A stretch of DNA of 64,000 nt from Candidatus Competibacteraceae bacterium (GTDB lineage: Bacteria; Bacteroidota; Bacteroidia; CAIKAF01). Both the position numbers and the translations under genes were made by a program. The notes under the pieces were generated by a model. The model was not told where the DNA came from. It saw only the letters and a list, made by a program, of their open reading frames with translations, and searched no databases. Position 1 is the stretch's first letter. The number at the start of each line of letters is the position of its first letter. Below are positions 1-10,168 of the stretch, piece after piece. The DNA is taken from contig JACSSC010000032.1 in the NCBI GenBank assembly GCA_014879445.1, positions 75,164 to 139,163 on the forward strand, written 5' to 3'.

Positions 1-384
1 CCACTCGAAAAAGGTTGTAATCAAGCACTTATCAGGTCAATTGACAGATGGTTGGGCACTCCTTATGCCTATGGGGGCAATAACACAAATGGAACAGACT
101 GTTCCGGTTTGGTACAAAACATCTATAAAGAAGTGTATGGATTTCAAGTTGAACGCTCTTCAGTAGGAATATGGAAACAGTCGCAAGTTATTAATAAAGA
201 AGACCTAACAGAAGGTGATTTGGTATTTTTTAAAATCAATACACCCAAGGTTGGGCACGTAGGTTTGTATATTGGGCATGGATATTTTGTACATGCTTCT
301 ACCAAAAAAGGTGTAATTATCAGCCACTTGGACGAAAAGTATTATCATCAGTATTATTTTTCTGCAGGTAGAATATCCAGATAA
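1..384 (+). CDS. NlpC/P60 family (C40) cell-wall peptidase, C-terminal part; the 5' end is truncated by the window edge
   Basis: The reading frame is open from nt 1, so the listed ORF at 52..384 is the tail of a longer gene. Catalytic Cys in the DCSGLV motif, His in GHVGLYIGHGYFVHAS. This is the typical NlpC/P60 C-terminal triad region. Confidence 0.75.
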   Translation, partial: PLEKGCNQALIRSIDRWLGTPYAYGGNNTNGTDCSGLVQNIYKEVYGFQVERSSVGIWKQSQVINKEDLTEGDLVFFKINTPKVGHVGLYIGHGYFVHASTKKGVIISHLDEKYYHQYYFSAGRISR

Positions 385-474
385 ATGCGCTACAAGTCCT
401 ATATTTACTGCAAAAACAACAAATAATAAACAACTCTTCGTTAATATTTGATGTGATAGAATTCATTAAAAGCA

Positions 475-503
475 TTGTAAACCTGATAATTTTTATACTT
501 TTG
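475..503 (+). promoter_or_regulatory. Candidate Bacteroidota sigma-A promoter: -33 TTG at 475-477 and -7 TACTTTTG at 496-503, 18-nt spacer
   Basis: TACTTTTG matches the Bacteroidetes -7 consensus TAnnTTTG. A TTG sits 18 nt upstream. The pair lies about 55 nt upstream of the ATG at 560. Confidence 0.3.
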
Positions 504-559
504 CTACATTGATAAATGAGCATTATAGTAAATAAACCAAGTAATTAATTAAGATTATC

Positions 560-2533
560 ATGAAAATCTTAAGCACCATTGCCCTGATTACCCTTTCTAT
601 GATTTGCTTTTCGCAAAATGTAGAATTCACGAAAACAAATTTCCCTGAGCAAAAAAAAGCATTTCGATTTGCTAAAAAATGCATCAAGAAAGGAGACGCC
701 TATTTTTATGGAGCCGAACGAGGATATAATGAAGCATTGCTTTTTTATCTTGATGCTAATGAGGTAAATCCCAATAATGCACTTCTTAATTACAAAATAG
801 CTGTATGCTATTTAAACACCCTTGAAAAATACAAAGCGTATCCATATGCACGCAAGGCAGGCGACCTGAATGCCTCAATAGCAAGGGATTACTATTATGT
901 ACTTGGAATGGCTGCTCAACAAAAACTTAAATTTGATGAAGCTATATTAGCTTATGACCAGTTTGAAGCTATCATTTCTCATCCTGACACTTTAAAAATG
1001 GTTGCCAAACGTATTGAAGAATGTAATAATGGCAAACAATTCGTTTTGAAAGTAGAGTATGAAGTGGAAAATGTGGGTGATGTAATCAACACAACATATG
1101 CCGAATATGTACCACTTATTCGAGCTGACGAAACGATTTTAATTTACACATCTCGCCGACCTGCAGATGAAACAAAAAAGCGCACTAAACGCCAAATATC
1201 CAATTTCGATTATGATTATTACGAGAATATTTACAAATCAAATCGTATCGAAACGAACAAATGGGGCACTCCATCACGGATACCTGCTCCTATCAATAAG
1301 CCAAAAAAACATAGCGCATCCGTAAGCTTATCTCTTGATGGCAGTATCCTTTATTTATATCATTCTATTAATAAAGGGGATATTTATTTTTCCAAAAAAG
1401 AAGGAGAATCTTGGTCAGAACCCAAAGAATTACCCGGCAAAGTAAACACAAAAAAATATACAGAATCGCATATTACGGTTTCATTTGATGGGAAAACAGC
1501 ATATTTGGTTTCCGATCGCCCGGGAGGTTTGGGTGGCAAAGATATCTGGCGTAGCGAATTGCAATCCGACCAAACATGGAGTGAGCCGGTAAATTTAGGC
1601 CCAACTATTAATACGCCTTATGATGAAGATGGCCCATTTCTACATCCTGATGGAAAAACATTATACTTTAGCTCTAAAGGTCATAATACAATGGGCGGAT
1701 ATGATATTTTTGAAACTGAATTCAAAGATGGTCAATGGACAACTCCTATCAACATGGGATACCCAATTAACAGCCCGGATGATGATGTATATTTTGTACT
1801 AACCGCCGATGGCAAAAATGCCTATCTCTCTTCTGTAAAAGAGAATGGGTATGGGCGTCAGGATATCTATTGTATTCGGCCATTTGAGAAAAAAGTATTT
1901 AAGGACTTCCAGATGGTACTGTTTAAAGGCATATTGAAAGATAAAGAAACAGATGCCCTTGTAAAAGGTATTGTGAACATTACCGACAATAGTTCGGGCC
2001 AGGAAATGTTTGAATCGGAAGTACAGCCAACTGAAGAAGGATTTCTTGTTTCCCTTCCTTCAGGAAAAAATTATGGGATTGCTGTTGAATCAGAAGGGTA
2101 TTTATTTTATTCCGAAAATTTCGACTTAAAACTACCTGAAGGATTTAAATTGGTCGAAAAAGTAATCTATCTGGAAAAAGTTAAAGCGGGTGTTAAACTT
2201 ACACTCAACAATGTATTCTTTGATTTTGACAAGCACCATTTAAAATCTGAATCTGAATCTGAGTTGAACAGAGCTATCGAATTACTGAATAAATATCCGG
2301 GCATAAAAATTGAAATTGCCGGACATACCGACAATATAGGTGAAGATGCATACAATCAAAAGCTATCTGAACGTAGAGCCAACTCTGTAAAGGAATATCT
2401 AATAAAAGCTGGATTCCCTGAATCGCGTATCATAAGAGTAGTTGGTTATGGCGAAAGCAAACCCATTGACCCTTCTGATAGCAAAGAGGCACGTGCTAAA
2501 AATCGTCGCGTAGAATTTATTCTAGCCGAATAG
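560..2533 (+). CDS. Secreted OmpA-family protein with N-terminal TPR region, TolB/PD40-like beta-propeller repeats and a C-terminal OmpA/MotB peptidoglycan-binding domain
   Basis: Signal peptide MKILSTIALITLSMICFSQN. TPR-like helical region. Repeated PD40-like segments (DG...LYFSS...GGYDI). C-terminal OmpA motif block (TLNNVFFDFDK...IAGHTDNIGEDAYNQKLSERRANSV...NRRVEF). Confidence 0.8.
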   Translation: MKILSTIALITLSMICFSQNVEFTKTNFPEQKKAFRFAKKCIKKGDAYFYGAERGYNEALLFYLDANEVNPNNALLNYKIAVCYLNTLEKYKAYPYARKAGDLNASIARDYYYVLGMAAQQKLKFDEAILAYDQFEAIISHPDTLKMVAKRIEECNNGKQFVLKVEYEVENVGDVINTTYAEYVPLIRADETILIYTSRRPADETKKRTKRQISNFDYDYYENIYKSNRIETNKWGTPSRIPAPINKPKKHSASVSLSLDGSILYLYHSINKGDIYFSKKEGESWSEPKELPGKVNTKKYTESHITVSFDGKTAYLVSDRPGGLGGKDIWRSELQSDQTWSEPVNLGPTINTPYDEDGPFLHPDGKTLYFSSKGHNTMGGYDIFETEFKDGQWTTPINMGYPINSPDDDVYFVLTADGKNAYLSSVKENGYGRQDIYCIRPFEKKVFKDFQMVLFKGILKDKETDALVKGIVNITDNSSGQEMFESEVQPTEEGFLVSLPSGKNYGIAVESEGYLFYSENFDLKLPEGFKLVEKVIYLEKVKAGVKLTLNNVFFDFDKHHLKSESESELNRAIELLNKYPGIKIEIAGHTDNIGEDAYNQKLSERRANSVKEYLIKAGFPESRIIRVVGYGESKPIDPSDSKEARAKNRRVEFILAE

Positions 2534-2537
2534 GCAT

Positions 2538-3569
2538 TTATCGAGTAAGTTCTCCACGCAACGATTGTTGCAACAATTCTTTAATACGTGATGTTTGGCC
2601 ATGATAGCGTCCACCCAAATGCATTAGTTTAGTAATGGCCGCTTCAAGTGTCATATCTGCTCCACTTATTACACCAACCTTTTGTAACTCAACACTGGTA
2701 ATGTATTTGCCCATTTGCACCGATCCTTGTTGGCACTGTGTAATGTTTAGAATAATAACATCACGGGAGTTGGCTTCTGACAATATATCAAAAAACCAAG
2801 GTAGAATAGGCGCATTGCCAAATCCATAGGTATGTAAAACAATAGCAAACAAAGGCATACTAAAAATATGTTGCGCTAATTTTTTTGAAAAACCTGGAAA
2901 CATTGGGAATACCGCAATATCGTTTTGAAGCTCATAAAAAAATGTTGTATCCTTTCTATCGGCAGAATGAATGGCAGAAAAATTGTAATCAATTGTTACG
3001 CCCGCCTGAGCTAAAGCCGGGTAATTCGGCGATTGATAAGCATTGAAATGTTCAGCACTGAACTTATTTGTTCGGTTACCACGATAAAGTGTATGCTCAA
3101 AATAAATTGCAACCTCCGGCACAATGGGCTTGTTATCCCATCTAGCTGCTGCAATCTCGATAGCTGTAATTAGGTTTTCCTTTCCGTCAGTTCGGATTTT
3201 GCCTATAGGCAATTGCGAACCGGTAAACACAATAGGTTTTTGATTGTGCTCTATCATAAAGCTTACAGCAGATGCGGTGTAAGTCATTGTGTCGGTTCCA
3301 TGAAGCACAACAAATCCATCCACTTTTTTATAATATTTCTCAATCTGATTAACAATCCAACGCCAGTCATCAAGTTGCATATCAGACGAATCTTTAGGTT
3401 GAGCCATAGCAACAACCTCAATTGTAGCATCAATAAGTTGAAGTTCAGGAATAAATTTGTGAAGCTGAGAAAACTCAACAGGCATTAAACTCCTTGATTC
3501 GGGATCTTCAAAACTACCAATTGTTCCGCCTGTGTATAAAATCAAAATATGTGGTTTATCTTGTAACAT
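2538..3569 (-). CDS. ansA: L-asparaginase, type I (cytoplasmic)
   Basis: N-terminal ILYTGGTIGS threonine active-site motif and the GFVVLHGTDTM motif. Length 343 aa. Confidence 0.8.
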   Translation of the reverse strand: MLQDKPHILILYTGGTIGSFEDPESRSLMPVEFSQLHKFIPELQLIDATIEVVAMAQPKDSSDMQLDDWRWIVNQIEKYYKKVDGFVVLHGTDTMTYTASAVSFMIEHNQKPIVFTGSQLPIGKIRTDGKENLITAIEIAAARWDNKPIVPEVAIYFEHTLYRGNRTNKFSAEHFNAYQSPNYPALAQAGVTIDYNFSAIHSADRKDTTFFYELQNDIAVFPMFPGFSKKLAQHIFSMPLFAIVLHTYGFGNAPILPWFFDILSEANSRDVIILNITQCQQGSVQMGKYITSVELQKVGVISGADMTLEAAITKLMHLGGRYHGQTSRIKELLQQSLRGELTR

Positions 3570-4362
3570 GAGCAGATGTTGTCAGGTTAAACAATTTTCG
3601 TGCATTGCTAGAAGTTATTTCAGCTACATCTTCAATTTGTAACTGACATAATTCAGAAAGAAATTGGGCAATCAGTGGGATATAAGAAGGTTCATTTCGT
3701 GTCCCTCTATAAGGTGCCGGAGCCAAATAAGGGGCGTCGGTTTCAAGCACGACATGTTGTAAACCAATCGATTTAATCACGTTGGCAATAGATGCATTTT
3801 TAAAAGTAGAAACACCACCGATGCCTAGATAGAAACCTAAATCAAGAATGCGGTGTGCCTGTTGAATACTGCCTGTAAAACAATGAAAAACGCCGCTATA
3901 ATCAACACGTGCTGATGTTTTTAAAAGTTGAATTAATTCATCTATTGAATCGCGTGAATGAATAACAAGTGGTAGTTGAAGGCGATTAGCCCATTGTGCC
4001 TGTATCGTAAATGTTTCCTTTTGCTGAAGAATGAATGTTTTATCCCAATAATAATCTAACCCAACTTCGCCAATAGCTACATAAGATTGAGGCGAACTAA
4101 AGAGTATCTTTTCAATTTCAGAGAGAGCCGTTCCTGGTTCATCATTAACAGAACATGGATGCAAACCCATCATAGGCTTGAGATGTGTAGGAAATTGAGA
4201 AACAATTTGATGCAAAGCCATTACAGTTGAAACATCAACATTAGGTAACAACATTGTATGCACCCCCATATTCACAGCTTGCTTGATAATTTGTACCCTG
4301 TCGGCATCAAAAGCCGAATCGTACAAATGTGCATGTGTGTCTATCCATCCACAATGATTCAT
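3556..4362 (-). CDS. tatD: TatD family metal-dependent hydrolase (DNase)
   Basis: IDTHAHLYDSAFDADR N-terminal His motif. GLHPC and GEVGLDYYW motifs. C-terminal LETDAPYLAPAPYRGTRNEPSY. Confidence 0.8.
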   Translation of the reverse strand: MNHCGWIDTHAHLYDSAFDADRVQIIKQAVNMGVHTMLLPNVDVSTVMALHQIVSQFPTHLKPMMGLHPCSVNDEPGTALSEIEKILFSSPQSYVAIGEVGLDYYWDKTFILQQKETFTIQAQWANRLQLPLVIHSRDSIDELIQLLKTSARVDYSGVFHCFTGSIQQAHRILDLGFYLGIGGVSTFKNASIANVIKSIGLQHVVLETDAPYLAPAPYRGTRNEPSYIPLIAQFLSELCQLQIEDVAEITSSNARKLFNLTTSAHVTR

Positions 4363-4388
4363 ACTACAAACCTACAAAATGTATATGA

Positions 4389-4766
4389 TTAACCTTCTTT
4401 ATTCAAGAAAACAAATACAACAGCAAGAATCAGGAATACAAACGCAACCAAATAATTCCACTTGATGGTTTCATGTTTAAAAAGCAACAACGTAAAAATG
4501 ATAAAAACCAATAATGTAATTACTTCTTGCAGTACTTTAAGCTGAAATAATGAAAATGGGCCACCGTTACCTTGGTAACCAATTTTGTTGGCCGGCACTT
4601 GAAAGATGTATTCAAAAAAAGCCAATCCCCAACTGATTAGGATAATAGCAAAAATTCCTAGTTTGGCTAGACGTGGATATTGCTTAAAAGTGAGATGCCC
4701 GTACCATGCAAATGTCATAAAAACATTAGAAACAAAAAGTAGCAGAATTGCAATAGCACCTTTCAC
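4389..4766 (-). CDS. Small 4-TM membrane protein, DMT-superfamily half-size / DUF486-like
   Basis: 125 aa with four hydrophobic helices. No catalytic motifs. Family assignment is by resemblance only. Confidence 0.45.
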   Translation of the reverse strand: MKGAIAILLLFVSNVFMTFAWYGHLTFKQYPRLAKLGIFAIILISWGLAFFEYIFQVPANKIGYQGNGGPFSLFQLKVLQEVITLLVFIIFTLLLFKHETIKWNYLVAFVFLILAVVFVFLNKEG

Positions 4767-4792
4767 GATTAAAAAGAATCAAGAATTAGGTC

Positions 4793-5680
4793 TTACCCAT
4801 TTAATGCTTCTGCACCAGCCACAATTTCAAGAATCTCATTGGTAATGGCTGCCTGTCGCGCTTTATTATAACTTAATTTTAAGTTTTTAAGCAACTCAGA
4901 AGCATTGTCAGTGGCCTTGTGCATTGCAGTCATACGAGCCCCGTGCTCAGATGCATGAGAATCGAGCAAAACTTTAAAGAATTGCGTTTTGAGAGAAAGA
5001 GGAATCATGTTTTCAATGATTTCGGCTTTCGAAGGTTCGAAGATATATTCAGAAGAAACGGATTGATTGTCTTGTTCTGATTTTTCAGGAGGTAAAACCG
5101 GAAGGAATGGTTCAAGTGTGATAATTTGCGACCCGGCAGATTTAAATTGATTATAGACAAAATCCACTTTATCTACATCGCCTTTTACAAACAACTGCAT
5201 AACCTTCTCAGCCACTGGAATGATTGACTCAAACGTGAGATTAGAGAAAAGCTCATCGTGAGAAGCAATATGCTGAATACCTGATTTTTTGGAAAAGAAA
5301 GAACTGGCCTTTTTCCCGATAGTAAGCACGTAAAGATGGCCTGTGGCAGAGGCGTTGGCATAAGTAGTTTCAATGGCAAGATTAGCCCTTTTAATTACAT
5401 TGGCATTAAAAGCACCACAAAGACCACGATTAGAAGTTACCACAACAAGTAATACCTTGTTTGGATCACGTTGCCTGGAATAAATACCTTCAGAAGAATC
5501 GATGCTTTGGCTTAGGTTTTCGAGTATATCGCGGAGTTTGCCTGCATAAGGGCGCATACGAGTGATAGCATCCTGCGCTTTTTTCAATTTCGCAGCACTC
5601 ACCAATTTCATGGCGCTTGTAATTTGTTGGGTTGAATTAACCGAGGTAATCCTATTTCGTACTTCCTTAAGATTTGGCAT
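4793..5680 (-). CDS. atpG: F0F1 ATP synthase subunit gamma
   Basis: N-terminus MPNLKEVRNRITSVNSTQQITSAMKLVSAAKL, C-terminus ...ITNEILEIVAGAEAL. Lies in operon order after atpA. Confidence 0.95.
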   Translation of the reverse strand: MPNLKEVRNRITSVNSTQQITSAMKLVSAAKLKKAQDAITRMRPYAGKLRDILENLSQSIDSSEGIYSRQRDPNKVLLVVVTSNRGLCGAFNANVIKRANLAIETTYANASATGHLYVLTIGKKASSFFSKKSGIQHIASHDELFSNLTFESIIPVAEKVMQLFVKGDVDKVDFVYNQFKSAGSQIITLEPFLPVLPPEKSEQDNQSVSSEYIFEPSKAEIIENMIPLSLKTQFFKVLLDSHASEHGARMTAMHKATDNASELLKNLKLSYNKARQAAITNEILEIVAGAEALNG

Positions 5681-5695
5681 GATTCAAAATACTAG

Positions 5696-7276
5696 TTATG
5701 CTTGATATTTACTTGCAACATCTTTAGCCGTAGCTTCCAGAATAGAGGTAATTTCATCATTAAATTCACCTTTCTTCAATCTGTTCAAAACCTCTTTATG
5801 CGTGGCTTCCAAAACAGTAAGATAATCGTTTTCGAATTCTTTCACTTTATTAACCGGAACAGAACGAAGCAAATTCTTTGTACCAGCATAAATAATGGCA
5901 ATCTGTTTTTCAACGGTAATAGGTGAGTATTGACCTTGTTTTAGAATTTCTACGTTACGGGCGCCTTTATCAAGAATGGATTTGGTAGCAGCATCAAGGT
6001 CGGAACCAAACTTGGCGAAAGCTTCCAATTCGCGGTATTGCGCTTGGTCAAGCTTTAAAGTACCTGCTACCTTTTTCATAGATTTAATCTGAGCATTACC
6101 ACCCACACGTGATACAGAAATACCAACATTAATGGCAGGACGAACACCAGCATTAAACAGGTTTGATTCAAGGAAAATCTGTCCATCGGTAATAGAAATT
6201 ACATTCGTAGGGATGTATGCAGATACGTCACCCGCCTGTGTTTCGATGATAGGTAAAGCTGTTAAAGAGCCGCCTCCTTTTACTTTGCCTTTCAAAGATT
6301 CTGGTAGGTCGTTCATTTGAGAAGCGATATCGTTATTGGCAATCACTTTGGCTGCACGTTCTAGCAAACGGCTATGCAAATAAAACACATCACCGGGGTA
6401 TGCTTCCCGACCGGGTGGGCGACGAAGAAGGAGTGAAACCTCGCGATATGCTACTGCTTGTTTGGATAAGTCATCATAAACAATCAAAGCTGGGCGACCT
6501 GTATCACGGAAGTATTCGCCAATAGCAGCACCGGCAAAAGGTGCATAAAATTGCATAGGTGCGGGATCAGAAGCAGAAGACGATACAATAGTCGTATAAG
6601 GCATAGCGCCTGCTTTCTCCAAGGTATTAGCAATAGCAGCAACGGTAGAACTCTTTTGACCTATGGCAACATAGATGCAATACACAGGTTCGCCACGATC
6701 ATAAAATTCTTTTTGATTGATAATGGTATCAATTGCAACTGCCGTTTTGCCTGTTTGGCGGTCGCCGATGATCAATTCACGCTGACCACGTCCGATAGGA
6801 ATCATGGCATCAATAGCTTTAATACCCGTTTGAAGTGGCTCATTAACCGGCTGACGGAAAATAACACCCGGCGCTTTGCGCTCAAATGGCATTTCCAGTG
6901 TCTCACCTTTAATGGGGCCTTTGCCATCAATGGTTTCGCCCAAAGTGTTGATAACACGACCAACCACTCCTTCACCAACATGAATAGAAGCAATGCGACG
7001 AGTACGCTTTACGGTATCCCCTTCTTTAATACCTTTTGCCTCACCGAGCAATACAACACCCACGTTGTCTTCTTCAAGATTAAGTACAATGCCTTTCAAT
7101 CCATTGTGAAATTCAACCAATTCACCTGATTCAACATTGTTTAATCCGTAGATTCGGGCAACACCATCACCGATTTGTAGAACGGAGCCCACTTCTTCCA
7201 GTTCGGTTGTATTTTTCAGACCCGACAATTGTTCGCGTAAAATTGCCGTTACTTCTGCTGCTTTAATTTCTGCCAT
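5696..7276 (-). CDS. atpA: F0F1 ATP synthase subunit alpha
   Basis: Walker A GDRQTGKT. 526 aa. Extensive identity to the AtpA family. Confidence 0.97.
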   Translation of the reverse strand: MAEIKAAEVTAILREQLSGLKNTTELEEVGSVLQIGDGVARIYGLNNVESGELVEFHNGLKGIVLNLEEDNVGVVLLGEAKGIKEGDTVKRTRRIASIHVGEGVVGRVINTLGETIDGKGPIKGETLEMPFERKAPGVIFRQPVNEPLQTGIKAIDAMIPIGRGQRELIIGDRQTGKTAVAIDTIINQKEFYDRGEPVYCIYVAIGQKSSTVAAIANTLEKAGAMPYTTIVSSSASDPAPMQFYAPFAGAAIGEYFRDTGRPALIVYDDLSKQAVAYREVSLLLRRPPGREAYPGDVFYLHSRLLERAAKVIANNDIASQMNDLPESLKGKVKGGGSLTALPIIETQAGDVSAYIPTNVISITDGQIFLESNLFNAGVRPAINVGISVSRVGGNAQIKSMKKVAGTLKLDQAQYRELEAFAKFGSDLDAATKSILDKGARNVEILKQGQYSPITVEKQIAIIYAGTKNLLRSVPVNKVKEFENDYLTVLEATHKEVLNRLKKGEFNDEITSILEATAKDVASKYQA

Positions 7277-7297
7277 ATATCTGCTATTATTGCGTTA

Positions 7298-7870
7298 TTA
7301 ATATTCTATAATGTAAGGATTATCTTCAAATGCTCTTCTGAATTGATGGATCTGAGAAGAAAAGCTAGTATCTAATTGTTTGTCATCAACGCGGATAATT
7401 AACCCACCAATGATAGAAGCATCTATCTTTTCAATCAGTTCTATTTCACTGGCATGAGCATATTGCGGTGTCTGTTTCACTCTATCCATAATCGCTTGAC
7501 GAGTATTGTTCCCGAGCGCAATAGCTGAAGTAACATGAACACTTAATACTCCCTTAAGCTTTTTGTAATGAGCAATAAAAGCTTTGGCTATTTCGCCCAA
7601 ATACAGTTCACGACGAGAATCAGCCAACTTTTTCAAAAATGCAGTAGTCAATTCATTAGCATTGCCAGCAAAAATTTTGATTAATACCGTTTGCTTAGTT
7701 AGTGCATTAATAACTGGGCTACGCAAAAATGCTCTGAATTCAGCATCTGAACTGTAAATATTATTAATTTGCTGCATGTCGTTATACAAAGTATCCAGCA
7801 CACCTCTTTCTTTAGCAAGTGATGCAAGCGACTGTGCATAACGTAATGCCAATACTGAATATCCCTGCAT
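7298..7870 (-). CDS. atpH: F0F1 ATP synthase subunit delta (OSCP)
   Basis: 190 aa. Positioned between atpF and atpA. OSCP-like helical N-terminus. Confidence 0.85.
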   Translation of the reverse strand: MQGYSVLALRYAQSLASLAKERGVLDTLYNDMQQINNIYSSDAEFRAFLRSPVINALTKQTVLIKIFAGNANELTTAFLKKLADSRRELYLGEIAKAFIAHYKKLKGVLSVHVTSAIALGNNTRQAIMDRVKQTPQYAHASEIELIEKIDASIIGGLIIRVDDKQLDTSFSSQIHQFRRAFEDNPYIIEY

Positions 7871-7874
7871 ACGA

Positions 7875-8369
7875 TTAATTAAGAGTTACTTCTTTTAATA
7901 TGGTGTCCATCACTTCCTGCTGCTTTTTGTCATCCGACAATTTTTCTTTCAAAATTTTCTCAGCAATCTCAATGGAAAGAACAGCTACTTGATTGCGGAG
8001 CTCAGTAATGGCCTTCATCTTTTCATTCTGAATGTTATCGCGTGCAGAAGCCAACAGCAGCCCTGCTTCTTGCTGAGCTTTATCTTTCGCCTCTGTAATC
8101 ATTCTTTCACGAGCTTCGCGTGCCTCTTTCAAAATTTCTTCCCGTTCCTTTTTAGCTTGAGCTAGCAGTGCCTCATTTTCTGACTTAAGGGTACCTAATT
8201 TTTTTTCAGCTTCAATAGCAGCATTCAGTGCTTTATGAATAGACTCTTCCCTGTTTTTAATAGTAGAGATGATGGGCTTCCAAGCGAACTTACGTAGTAA
8301 GACAAGTAGAAGCAGAAAAGAAATCATCATCCAAAAAACCAGGCCCACATTTGGATTTAGCAATTCCAT
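7875..8369 (-). CDS. atpF: F0F1 ATP synthase subunit b
   Basis: One N-terminal TM helix followed by a long charged coiled-coil. 164 aa. Sits in the operon slot between atpE and atpH. Confidence 0.85.
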   Translation of the reverse strand: MELLNPNVGLVFWMMISFLLLLVLLRKFAWKPIISTIKNREESIHKALNAAIEAEKKLGTLKSENEALLAQAKKEREEILKEAREARERMITEAKDKAQQEAGLLLASARDNIQNEKMKAITELRNQVAVLSIEIAEKILKEKLSDDKKQQEVMDTILKEVTLN

Positions 8370-8409
8370 ATTCGATATTTTATTTTACAACAATTAATAA
8401 TTAAAAATC

Positions 8410-8445
8410 AAAAAAAGACGGCCCGGGCCAACCGCACGGGCTGCC
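8410..8445 (-). terminator. Intrinsic-terminator-like GC-rich hairpin plus U7 tract on the minus-strand transcript, between atpE and atpF
   Basis: Minus-strand RNA reads GGCAGCCCGUGCGGUUGGCCCGGGCCGUC followed by UUUUUUU. The stem pairs 8419-8425 with 8437-8443 (GCCCG/CGGGC core) and is followed by an A7 run on the plus strand at 8410-8416. Confidence 0.45.
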
Positions 8446-8457
8446 TTTAATGAAGTT

Positions 8458-8712
<255 letters not shown>

Positions 8713-8734
8713 TTATATGTGATTAATAATTCCA

Positions 8735-9952
8735 TTAATGATGCGATGTTTCGTGTTCGACATGATGACCATCATCTACTGCCTGACCTATCATCTGTGC
8801 GGTTAATAATGAGAAAATATAGGCCTGAATAAAGGCAACTAACAACTCCAACATAAACATAGCTACTGAGAAAACAGAAGTAACTACGCCTACAACATAA
8901 CTTTGTATGATAAAGGTAATACCTATGATGCTCATGATAATAATGTGTCCTGCTGTAATATTCGCAAATAGACGAATCATCAGTGAGAAAGGTTTTGTAA
9001 TAATACCAATTAACTCAATAGGTACTAAGAGAATCTTTACAGGAAGGGGAACGCCCGGCGGATTTAGTATATGACCCCAAAAATGTTTGCTGCCATTGGC
9101 AACAACCAAAATGAGCGACAACAAAGCCAGTGTCATCGTAATAGCAATATTGCCTGTTACATTAGCACTACCAGGGAAAATTGGGATCAATCCCAACAAG
9201 TTGTTAATGAGAATAAAGAAAAACAATGTAAGTATATATGGAACGAAACGTTGATAATGTTTGTCTCCAATAAATTGCCTTACGATATCGTTCTGCACAA
9301 AAAGAATCAATATTTCCAATAATCCCTGCAATCCGCTTGGGGCTTTATCTGGATTTGATTTGTACTTGCCTGCAACTGTTGAAAAAATAATAAGCAAGAG
9401 AGAAACGCCCAATAACAAACCAAACACATTCTTGGTAATGGAAAAATTATAAAAAACATGTTTGTTGCCTGATATCAAATCTCCTAATGTGGCTTCATGC
9501 TTGCCTATGGGATGCCCGTGCTCATCTGTTTGTAACGAACCATCTGTATTCAAATCAGGAATAACTAGCTTGCCATGATGATAATAATACTTGCCACGCG
9601 ACAAATGATTTTCATCAGCATGATGAAATGCAGTAGAAAGAAAAATATCTAATCCTTTTCCGGGTTCATATATGATTACCGGCAAAGGTACTGATACATC
9701 GCCTGCTATATGAAATGAGTAGTCATCAGATATATGATGCTTTATAAAAGCACTGAAATCCAGTTCTTCTGCTTCGTGATGGTCGGAATGTGATTCGGCA
9801 TGCGTTTCGTTTTGAGATGCCTGATGGTGATTATCTTCATGGTGCTGCGACCAGCTTAAAACGGGCAAACTAATCCAAAGTAATACTGCCCAAATTGTTA
9901 TTATAATTGATGTTTGAACCCTTGCCATACAGAATTTATAGATAACCAACAC
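8735..9952 (-). CDS. atpB: F0F1 ATP synthase subunit a with a long His-rich N-terminal extension
   Basis: C-terminal core carries the conserved a-subunit Arg (ITKPFSLMIRLFANITAGH). The N-terminal ~170 aa has a signal-like helix and His-rich tracts (SQHHEDNHHQASQNETHAESHSDHHEAEE). The C-terminus ends DDGHHVEHETSHH. Confidence 0.9.
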   Translation of the reverse strand: MLVIYKFCMARVQTSIIITIWAVLLWISLPVLSWSQHHEDNHHQASQNETHAESHSDHHEAEELDFSAFIKHHISDDYSFHIAGDVSVPLPVIIYEPGKGLDIFLSTAFHHADENHLSRGKYYYHHGKLVIPDLNTDGSLQTDEHGHPIGKHEATLGDLISGNKHVFYNFSITKNVFGLLLGVSLLLIIFSTVAGKYKSNPDKAPSGLQGLLEILILFVQNDIVRQFIGDKHYQRFVPYILTLFFFILINNLLGLIPIFPGSANVTGNIAITMTLALLSLILVVANGSKHFWGHILNPPGVPLPVKILLVPIELIGIITKPFSLMIRLFANITAGHIIIMSIIGITFIIQSYVVGVVTSVFSVAMFMLELLVAFIQAYIFSLLTAQMIGQAVDDGHHVEHETSHH

Positions 9953-10120
9953 TAATTTTCAGACCGCAAAAGTAAGAAATTAGGGTTCAAATAAAAATTT
10001 ATTCATTGATTTTTCTTTTCTGATGTAATAATGTGCTATATTTCTGACAATCAAATCAGTAAATCAATGCCAATGCTTCATTATTCTCAAAACATCTGAT
10101 AATGACAGGGTAGTGATTAA

Positions 10121-10168
10121 ACAAAAACACTTTTGTTGATGAAGAATTAATGATTTTTCTTCATCAAC
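10121..10168 (-). terminator. Perfect 12-bp inverted repeat (GTTGATGAAGAA / TTCTTCATCAAC, 10-nt loop) followed by a U-rich tract on the minus-strand transcript
   Basis: The stem is 10135-10146 paired with 10157-10168. The stop codon of the 10147..10539 gene lies in the loop. The downstream minus-strand RNA reads AAAAGUGUUUUUGUUU. Confidence 0.4.

Noticed and set aside
6551-7129. 192-aa plus-strand ORF, and other 60-100-aa ORFs antisense to atpA, atpG and atpB
   Set aside because: It lies entirely inside the strongly supported atpA gene on the opposite strand, and its product has no domain-like sequence. It is a reading-frame artefact of a long gene.
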